64,000 nucleotides of DNA from Candidatus Zhuqueibacterota bacterium. Its GTDB lineage: Bacteria; Zhuqueibacterota; Zhuqueibacteria; Thermofontimicrobiales; Thermofontimicrobiaceae. Both the position numbers and the translations under genes were made by a program. The stretch lies in assembly GCA_049322915.1 (NCBI GenBank), contig JBMOPW010000014.1, forward strand, positions 669,527 through 733,526, given 5' to 3'. Shown in pieces: positions 56,694 to 64,000 of this stretch. How positions within the stretch are numbered: position 1 is the first letter of the stretch; each line of letters starts with the position of its first letter. The notes beneath the pieces are model-generated. The model was given only the letters and a program-made list of their open reading frames with translations, did not search any database and was not told the DNA's origin.

Positions 56694-58184
56694 ATGAATA
56701 AACTATTTGACAAGCTGTTTATATTTGAAATGGCGAATAACCATCAGGGAAGTGTTGATCATGGTATAAAAATAATAAGAGAAATGGGAAAGATCACGCG
56801 AAAGTATGGTATTAATGGAGCGGTGAAATTTCAATATAGGGACCTGGATACATTTATTCATAAAGATTTTATTGGTAGTACGGAAATAAAACATATTCCA
56901 AGATTCCTTGGGACACGGTTGTCGCCGAATGAATTTGCAGCAATGGTACAGACCGTCAGGGATGAAGGAATGGTGACAGTTTGTACACCCTTTGATGAAA
57001 ATTCAGTTAGCCTGATTTTAGATCATGGTATTGATATTTTAAAAGTAGCAAGCTGCAGCGCAAACGATTGGTCTTTGTTGGAAACGATTAGCAAGACAAA
57101 AAAGCCTGTCATTTGTTCGACAGGCGGACTCCCGCTATATAAAATTGATAATGTTGTGAGCTTTTTCATCCACAGGGAAGTTGAATTTGCATTGCTGCAT
57201 TGTGTCGGGATGTATCCAACACCGGTGGAAAATATTTTTGCTAACTTTCTTTCCAGATTAATAAAGAGGTTTCCTTATATTACACTCGGATATTCCGGAC
57301 ATGAAAGCCCTGACGAAACTGACATAGTTAAAGTTATGATTGCGAAAGGAGCAAAAATTTTTGAACGACATGTTGGTGTGGAAACTGACACTATTAAACT
57401 TAATAAATATTCAATGAATCCAAAACAAACCGAAGAATGGATAAAAAATGCACAGAAAGCATTTGCAATCTGTGGAGAATCCGATAATAAAAAAATTACA
57501 CAGGATGAAGTAGAGTCATTGCGCTCGCTAATGCGGGGTGTTTACGCTAAACAAGATATTAAAGCTGGTGAAAAATTATCGCCAGATAAAGTTTATTATG
57601 CGCTTCCATGTATTGAAAATCAGACAAGTACCTCAGAATATTTGGATACTTTGATGGCAACCAGAGACTACAGTGCAGATGAAGCCATAATGGAACGACG
57701 TCCATTCGATAAGGTAATGGCGTTACGTGAGGTAATACATGACATTAAAGGTATGCTCTACGAGGCAAATATTACGGTGAGAAAGAATTTTACGATTGAC
57801 CTGTCCCATCATTATGGAATAGAGAGAATTCGTCAATGGGGTGCAGTGATTGTTAATATGGTGAACAGAACCTATTGTAAAAAATTGATAATTGTATTAC
57901 CCGGGCAAAAGCATCCTACTCATACACACAAGATCAAAGAAGAAACTTTCCAGCTATTATGGGGGGATATAGAAATATTGATGAATGGAGAACAGAGATT
58001 TACTCTCAAACCAGGAGAGAGTTTGTTGGTTGAACCGGGGATTAAGCATAGCTTTAGTTCTGTAGGAGGCGCAATTTTAGAAGAGATTTCGACCACTCAT
58101 ATTAAAGGTGATTCCTATTATGAGGATGAAGAAATTGCTAAAAAGGATTTGATAGAAAGAAAGACAGTAATAGAAAATTGGTGA
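56694..58184 (+). CDS. neuB: NeuB-family synthase with SAF-like and C-terminal cupin (sugar isomerase-like) domains
   Basis: EMANNHQG, VKFQ, GYSGHE and FERH motifs. C-terminal YCKKL...HPTHTHKIKEETF cupin. Confidence 0.85.
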   Translation: MNKLFDKLFIFEMANNHQGSVDHGIKIIREMGKITRKYGINGAVKFQYRDLDTFIHKDFIGSTEIKHIPRFLGTRLSPNEFAAMVQTVRDEGMVTVCTPFDENSVSLILDHGIDILKVASCSANDWSLLETISKTKKPVICSTGGLPLYKIDNVVSFFIHREVEFALLHCVGMYPTPVENIFANFLSRLIKRFPYITLGYSGHESPDETDIVKVMIAKGAKIFERHVGVETDTIKLNKYSMNPKQTEEWIKNAQKAFAICGESDNKKITQDEVESLRSLMRGVYAKQDIKAGEKLSPDKVYYALPCIENQTSTSEYLDTLMATRDYSADEAIMERRPFDKVMALREVIHDIKGMLYEANITVRKNFTIDLSHHYGIERIRQWGAVIVNMVNRTYCKKLIIVLPGQKHPTHTHKIKEETFQLLWGDIEILMNGEQRFTLKPGESLLVEPGIKHSFSSVGGAILEEISTTHIKGDSYYEDEEIAKKDLIERKTVIENW

Positions 58185-58193
58185 TAAATTATT

Positions 58194-59081
58194 ATGAATT
58201 TTGATTGTTTAATATGTGGATATTCCTCAGGGAATGTGGTGACAGAGAAAGTTCGTGACTCATCTGAATTCAAAGTAATGAGATGTAGCAATTGCAGCCA
58301 CATACAGCTATATCCTACACCCTCTCAAGAATTGGATAGGAAATTTTATGATGAGAATACACAGCTAAAGAATTGGGGTGGCACAAAAAATATAGAATTG
58401 TTTAAGCAAAATTCTTATCATGATACGATTAGGAGAGTCCACTACGCTGAACAAATATTTGGAGAAAAAGAGAAAAATAAGTACAAGATGCTTGAAATTG
58501 GCGCTGGGTATGGTTTTTTTGTTCAAGAACTTCTATTAAGGGATTATAATATTATCGGACAAGAAATTTCAACTGAAAAAATATTGACTGCCCAGAAACA
58601 TTATAAAGTAATTTTAAAAGATTTAGATTATAATGAATTCCAAAACCATTTTGATGGAATATTCATGTTTCAAGTTCTTGAGCATATAATTGATCCTATA
58701 AAGTTTTTAAAAATGATTAGAAATTCTTTAAAGAATAATGGGAAATTAATAATTGAAGTACCAAATGCATCAGATATTAATTTATTGAATATAAAAAGTT
58801 ACAACGATTGGTACTGGCAAAGAGCACATATTCATTACTTTAATAAAAAGAGCTTACGTCATGTATTGTATGAAGTTGGTTTCAAAGATATTAATTTTAT
58901 TCCGGTTCAAAGATATAGTATAGTCAATATGATGAACTGGTATTTAAATAGACAACCTCAATTAGAAAATCCAATATATTATATCAATGAAGAAGAGTAT
59001 AAATGGATTGATGATTTTTATAAAGATCATCTAATGAAAAATTTTATTTGTGATACTATTGTTGCAATTGGAAAAAATTAA
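58194..59081 (+). CDS. Class I SAM-dependent methyltransferase
   Basis: CxxC...CxxC N-terminus, LEIGAGYG, VLEH and IEVPN motifs. Confidence 0.88.
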   Translation: MNFDCLICGYSSGNVVTEKVRDSSEFKVMRCSNCSHIQLYPTPSQELDRKFYDENTQLKNWGGTKNIELFKQNSYHDTIRRVHYAEQIFGEKEKNKYKMLEIGAGYGFFVQELLLRDYNIIGQEISTEKILTAQKHYKVILKDLDYNEFQNHFDGIFMFQVLEHIIDPIKFLKMIRNSLKNNGKLIIEVPNASDINLLNIKSYNDWYWQRAHIHYFNKKSLRHVLYEVGFKDINFIPVQRYSIVNMMNWYLNRQPQLENPIYYINEEEYKWIDDFYKDHLMKNFICDTIVAIGKN

Positions 59082-59163
59082 TATTATTGAACCTTCCAAC
59101 CTTTTATAGTATTAATAAGAATGAAAGGTAGTTGATTAGATATGATCATTAATTTGAGATTAG

Positions 59164-60780
59164 GTGCTTAGGAAAAAAATGAAATATATAAGGCATTTCT
59201 TGGTAAGGATTTATCGAGGTTTTTTATACAATATTTCTGATCTCTTTAGTTCGATTCAGGTATTCTTTGGTTTCGAGCCTTCGTTAATAAAAACATCTTA
59301 CTCTGCACTTTTGCAATGGAAAATGGGCGTGAGCCAAAGCGATAAAAGAAAAAACATGAAAATTGCTATCGCTGCTATTCGTAATTATACGTGGATTGAA
59401 TTTGCAGTTTTTGCGGCACATTATCTTTACAAAATGGGGTGTAATGTACTTGTAATTTATAGTGAGAAGGAGATTGAGAAATTATATAAAAATAAACGAA
59501 TTCTTGAAAAATTTGGAATGAATTTCTGGACTGAGTTTATGAAATGTGAATATATTGAAAAGATAAAAATTGAACAGCAAATAACTGAAGACAGAACATC
59601 CAATGATGATATTAAAGATGTGATCGATAAATTAGCCAATACGATAGCAGCTTACAATTTAAGAGTTGAGGAATATGAAGAGGATGTTGAGCCTGAAAAT
59701 TATGCAATTGAGTTAGATAGGTGCAAAAAAATGCTTTTTAAGACTATTCCATCAATAAGTGGTATATTAAAAGAAAATCAAGTAGAACGTATTTTGTGTC
59801 CATCAGGGCTCATAGATAAGTCAGTTGCTTTTTTGGAAGCTACGAAGCAAATTGATATGACAGCGATATTTATTGAAGGTTGGGCATGGAGACCAGGTCA
59901 TCTTATTTGGTCATTTAATCAACCAGCTTTAAATTATGATATTAAAGGTTGGATTGAAGCAATCGGTGGATGGAATGATACAATGGAGAGTGATAGTAAG
60001 GAGTTTATACAGTTTCAAGAATGCCAAGAAGTATCCCATGATGATTGGCTGAAAAATTTTCATCGTGTGCAGCGATCTAAAAAAATAAGCGAATTGCCTC
60101 AAGAATTAAAATATTTTATCAAGAGGAAAGGGCCAAAATTTTTTATGGGATTAAATGTTGTTGGGGATAGCGCGACATTGAATCGCCAATCCATTTACAA
60201 AAATCAAAAAGAATGGTTACAGCATGTTATTACTTATTTTAAAAAAAATCATAACTATAATTTGATTATTAGAGCACACCCTGATGAAGTTTGGGCAAAA
60301 GCCAAAGTAAAGCTTGGTGATTTCGCTTTGAAATATGCAAAGGATAGCTCCAATATTTATGTTGTAATGGGAGATGAAAATATAAATACATATTCCATCT
60401 TAGATCATATTGATATAGGATTAATCTGGTTAAGCAATATTGGAATTGATATTATAATCAGAGGTAAGCCTATAATATTGGCAGCACGATCCAATTACGC
60501 AAATACAGGTATTGCGGAATATCCTCAAACAAAGAATGAATATTTTAGTGCCATAGATAAATATGCAAAAAATCTCATCAAACCAACAAGTAATGAGATT
60601 AAACTAGCAAAATTATATCAGAGAATAGTTTTTAAAGAAATGTCATTGGAAGCAACAGGCAAAAGATTCAATGCGGTTGAATATAGATTAGGAAATAATC
60701 GAATGCATCCTGATCAGGAAAAATTTTATAAAATAATAATTGGAGAATTGGATCCAAAAGGCAATGCAATAAATGGGTGA
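59164..60780 (+). CDS. Capsule-synthesis (KpsS/LipB-like) protein, candidate nonulosonate transferase
   Basis: IIRAHPDE HP motif followed by S..G.D..I.GKP. Adjacent to neuAB. Confidence 0.55.
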   Translation: MLRKKMKYIRHFLVRIYRGFLYNISDLFSSIQVFFGFEPSLIKTSYSALLQWKMGVSQSDKRKNMKIAIAAIRNYTWIEFAVFAAHYLYKMGCNVLVIYSEKEIEKLYKNKRILEKFGMNFWTEFMKCEYIEKIKIEQQITEDRTSNDDIKDVIDKLANTIAAYNLRVEEYEEDVEPENYAIELDRCKKMLFKTIPSISGILKENQVERILCPSGLIDKSVAFLEATKQIDMTAIFIEGWAWRPGHLIWSFNQPALNYDIKGWIEAIGGWNDTMESDSKEFIQFQECQEVSHDDWLKNFHRVQRSKKISELPQELKYFIKRKGPKFFMGLNVVGDSATLNRQSIYKNQKEWLQHVITYFKKNHNYNLIIRAHPDEVWAKAKVKLGDFALKYAKDSSNIYVVMGDENINTYSILDHIDIGLIWLSNIGIDIIIRGKPIILAARSNYANTGIAEYPQTKNEYFSAIDKYAKNLIKPTSNEIKLAKLYQRIVFKEMSLEATGKRFNAVEYRLGNNRMHPDQEKFYKIIIGELDPKGNAING

Positions 60781-62050
60781 AGTCATAAGGAGAAATTTTC
60801 TATTTTTATCCAAGATCGTAGATGGTAAAAAATACAGAAGCGTTTCAATATTTAGTATTTCTTCAATAATATTAAATTTTTCAAATTTAATTTCAGGATT
60901 TTTAGTTTATAAATGGATTGATCCCTATTTCATGGGTATTTGGCAGTCGATGGTATTGCTACAAACTTACAGCAGTTTTGCCAGGTTTGGTGTTATTAAT
61001 GGAATGAATCGGGAGCTACCATTTAGTTTAGGTCAAGGTGATGTTGAGAAATCGCGTAAATATGCTGAGACTGCACTATATTATAATCTTTTAAATACTA
61101 TTATTTTTACTATTGTTTTCATCTCAGCCTTCTCATTTTTCAAAATTCGTGATGATTGGTATTTACCATTACTAACTATTGCAACTATAATATTAGTAGC
61201 TTTTTATGATTCCTATCTATTAGGGACATTCCGAGCAAATGCAGACTTTGATAAACTTAGTATTATCCAATTTATCAATGCGTTTATTAAATTAGTAAGT
61301 TTGGTTTTTGTATTTTTTTATGGATTTGACGGCTTTTGTATTCGTGAGATTATAACTATAGTAGTATTAACAGCGATAACACATTTTCTTCGCCCAATCA
61401 AAGTTAAACCAAAGTTTGATCTCCACATCATTAAGATTCTGCTTAAAACCGGATTCCCGATCTTTTTAGGTAGTTATTTTTTTAATTCCGCTTTGACAAT
61501 ACCTCGCTTGGTTATATTAAAGTTTGGTAGTATTGAATCATTGGGATTTTATAGTCCGGTTGTTACGTTGATTAATGCATTAATGATCTTGCCGAACTCT
61601 ATAGCTACATATTACTATCCCAAATTTGCTTTCCACCTGGGTGTAACGAATAAAAAAGTAAGTCTATGGAGAAAGTCAAAACTTATTCATATATCATTGG
61701 TATTGATAGGATTGCCAGTATTGATTTTTGGATGGTTTAGTTTCCCTATTATCGTAAGGACTTTTATTCCCAGGTATATAGAGTCGATATTTCTGTTAAA
61801 AATTGGATTGATAATCGGATTATTTTCAAGTTTTAAATTTGGATTTACTACACTGGCAACGTTAAAATCCTGGAAATATATGGCAATTTATATTGTCAGT
61901 TTTATTTTAGTGCAAACATTATTTCCAATTCTTTTCCTTAATTTTTTTGATACTTTGAAGGCGGCTGTTCTGGGCCAATTAGTGGCAGCAGTATTTATGT
62001 TTGGCATATCTCTCTTTACAAATTATTCAGCGGCTCATGAAAATGAGTGA
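60773..62050 (+). CDS. wzx: Wzx-type flippase 2
   Basis: Multi-TM profile with GMNRELP, LLKTGFPI and LGFYS motifs. Confidence 0.8.
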   Translation: MGEVIRRNFLFLSKIVDGKKYRSVSIFSISSIILNFSNLISGFLVYKWIDPYFMGIWQSMVLLQTYSSFARFGVINGMNRELPFSLGQGDVEKSRKYAETALYYNLLNTIIFTIVFISAFSFFKIRDDWYLPLLTIATIILVAFYDSYLLGTFRANADFDKLSIIQFINAFIKLVSLVFVFFYGFDGFCIREIITIVVLTAITHFLRPIKVKPKFDLHIIKILLKTGFPIFLGSYFFNSALTIPRLVILKFGSIESLGFYSPVVTLINALMILPNSIATYYYPKFAFHLGVTNKKVSLWRKSKLIHISLVLIGLPVLIFGWFSFPIIVRTFIPRYIESIFLLKIGLIIGLFSSFKFGFTTLATLKSWKYMAIYIVSFILVQTLFPILFLNFFDTLKAAVLGQLVAAVFMFGISLFTNYSAAHENE

Positions 62051-62691
62051 TCGCTAAAATATTTCCGATGAATATGAATAAACTCAAAATTGATTTTTCA
62101 GGGGTGTTATTTTCAACTGTAAGACGATTAACATCTTGTCTTTCCAGAACATGCTGGTCTTTGATTGTGAAGTTGTCTTTAAAATTAAGGGGCATTTCTT
62201 ACGGACAAGCTTGTATTTTCTATGGATTGTCTCATTTCCGTAGATATTATAATAGTAAAATTGATATTGGTCACGATTGCAGGTTTCGCTCTTCCTTTCT
62301 ATCTAATTATATTGGACTCAATAGAAGATGTTTGATTGCTACTCATGCAGAAAACTCAGAAATAATTATAGGGCATAATGTTGGATTCAGTGGCACAGTA
62401 ATTGGCGCAGCTGAAAAAATTACTATTGGTAATAATGTATTGTGTGGTGGGAATACATTAATTACAGATTTTGACTGGCATCCAGTTAAAAGAAATGGTA
62501 CAAATAATAAGATTTATTCAGCTCCAATTTCTATAGAAGATAATGTTTGGTTAGGTGTAAATGTGGTTGTTTTAAAGGGTGTTACTATTGGAAAAAGAAC
62601 TGTTATTGGTGCTAATAGTGTTGTCACAAAAAGCATTCCAGGCGATGTAATCGCTGCTGGCAATCCGTGTAAAGTGATAAAGTATCTTTAA
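62047..62691 (+). CDS. Hexapeptide-repeat O-acetyltransferase
   Basis: TDFDWH, IEDNVWLG and AAGNPCKVIK motifs. Confidence 0.88.
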   Translation: MIAKIFPMNMNKLKIDFSGVLFSTVRRLTSCLSRTCWSLIVKLSLKLRGISYGQACIFYGLSHFRRYYNSKIDIGHDCRFRSSFLSNYIGLNRRCLIATHAENSEIIIGHNVGFSGTVIGAAEKITIGNNVLCGGNTLITDFDWHPVKRNGTNNKIYSAPISIEDNVWLGVNVVVLKGVTIGKRTVIGANSVVTKSIPGDVIAAGNPCKVIKYL

Positions 62692-62703
62692 ATTCATATA
62701 TCA

Positions 62704-63987
62704 ATGTATAAAAAAATAAATATAATCAACCTATCATTTGGTCTTGCAATTTTTTTGCTATTTCTTCAAAGATCTACAACATTTTTTGAGGTAATTGGAA
62801 TAGGTTCAGTCTTGTCGAGATGGACCTTAAGACCTGCTTCTTTATTGCTAATTTTAGCGGCGTATTATTCAGTAAAGAAGGAAAGTCAGGGATTAAATAT
62901 AATCCAGGAACGTTACAGGTTTTGGCTGAAAGGTTTAATATTTTGGCTTATAATTTTGGTTTTTTATGGTTTATTTCAAAAATCACCCTTTCGACTTATT
63001 ATCAATGATTTACAGGTGATGTTATTTTTTATTGTTGGAATTTTTATAGGAGCAAGAAAAGAAAATTGGTATTTTATAGAGAAGACTTATATTAACGTGT
63101 TGTTTTTTGGTCTACTTGTTAATGTTTTTGCAATTTCTATGATACCGAATATATCACGAAATTTCACCTATAATTCAATAGCTTACAAAATACAATATCT
63201 CATTTGGCCAGTACTATTTTTTTTATTAACTGTAAATTTCAGGCGTGATAAAAAAATTAAATTTTTAATAATTACAGTCTATGTTATAAATATTATTGAA
63301 CAACTAATATTTCAAAAAAGATTAGAACTGTTTAAATTTATTGTGATCCTATTTCCGTTATTTATTATCATTAAAAGTAATAAAATACGACCATTCCGAT
63401 TTGGAAACAAGGTAGCAATTTTGTTGACAATACTGATGATTTTTTATGCCAGTGTCAATATTACAATAGGGTACAATTTAGATATTTTTAGTTCTTGGGA
63501 TATGATAATGAATCGATTTATGGGAAATTACGGTGTTGTTGAGACAACAACAGAAGATAATAGATGGAAAATGGCTGGAGTAGTAATTGATAATATTCGT
63601 GGTCATGAAATATTAATAGGAAAGGGACTGGGAAGCTATATTGCAGACACACGGCTACATTGGAATGCTAGTGTGGGTTATGAAGAAGCATTTTTAGGAG
63701 TGACAGAAATTGAGGTTGGGCATGTATGGCCATATTGGAAAGGTGGGATTATTTTATTTTTTTTTCTCAATAGCATTTTTATTTTTATAATGTTTTCATA
63801 TAAAAATTATAAGAATAATCCATTTTTAATTATTTGTTGGTCAGTAGTAACAATGCAATTTTTCTATTTTTTTTCTGGTGCATGGAGTTCTGAAGATGTT
63901 TTCAGTATGATTTTATTGGGTTTGTGTATCGGTCAGTGTATTTCTGCTCAACCTGTAGACGTAAATGAGCTATATGGAACGAAGTAG
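62704..63987 (+). CDS. wzy: Probable O-antigen polymerase Wzy
   Basis: About 10 TMs, a large loop with GKGLG, very AT-rich. Locus context. Confidence 0.65.
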   Translation: MYKKINIINLSFGLAIFLLFLQRSTTFFEVIGIGSVLSRWTLRPASLLLILAAYYSVKKESQGLNIIQERYRFWLKGLIFWLIILVFYGLFQKSPFRLIINDLQVMLFFIVGIFIGARKENWYFIEKTYINVLFFGLLVNVFAISMIPNISRNFTYNSIAYKIQYLIWPVLFFLLTVNFRRDKKIKFLIITVYVINIIEQLIFQKRLELFKFIVILFPLFIIIKSNKIRPFRFGNKVAILLTILMIFYASVNITIGYNLDIFSSWDMIMNRFMGNYGVVETTTEDNRWKMAGVVIDNIRGHEILIGKGLGSYIADTRLHWNASVGYEEAFLGVTEIEVGHVWPYWKGGIILFFFLNSIFIFIMFSYKNYKNNPFLIICWSVVTMQFFYFFSGAWSSEDVFSMILLGLCIGQCISAQPVDVNELYGTK

Positions 63988-64000
63988 AGAACCGAAAATT

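Overview
Bacterial genomic DNA with essentially all real genes on the + strand. An FCB-group lineage outside Bacteroidota (e.g. KSB1/Calditrichota-like) is inferred from the lpxC-fabZ fusion, the UpxY-type NusG paralogue, canonical TTGACN-17-TANNNT promoters and AGGAG ribosome-binding sites. There are three zones. (1) 1-29 kb is housekeeping and envelope biogenesis: waaA, mtnA, uppS-tamB-like-bamA-skp-lpxD-lpxC/fabZ-lpxA, lipoate ligase, dxr-rseP, aminotransferase, gcvT, ftsK-lolA. (2) 29.5-44.6 kb runs from a Wzc tyrosine kinase into a ~12.6 kb repeat-dense island. The island holds upxY, two AbiEii-type nucleotidyltransferase gene pairs, an AAA+ ATPase and two orphan helical proteins. The spacers are built from recurring modules: several MITE families, REP-like hairpins, strand-biased degenerate 7-nt arrays and a 21-bp tandem array. 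(3) 44.6-64 kb is an AT-rich Wzx/Wzy polysaccharide cluster: gmd, fcl, epimerase, aminotransferase, a GATase-amidotransferase fusion, two flippases, a GT-C protein, a NeuA/HAD/NeuB-cupin nonulosonate module and Wzy. It probably continues past the window end. No rRNA, tRNA, CRISPR array, integrase or intact transposase was recognised. The best candidate for an undescribed system is the repeat-delimited cassette island between wzc/upxY and gmd. All family assignments come from motif recognition, not database searches.
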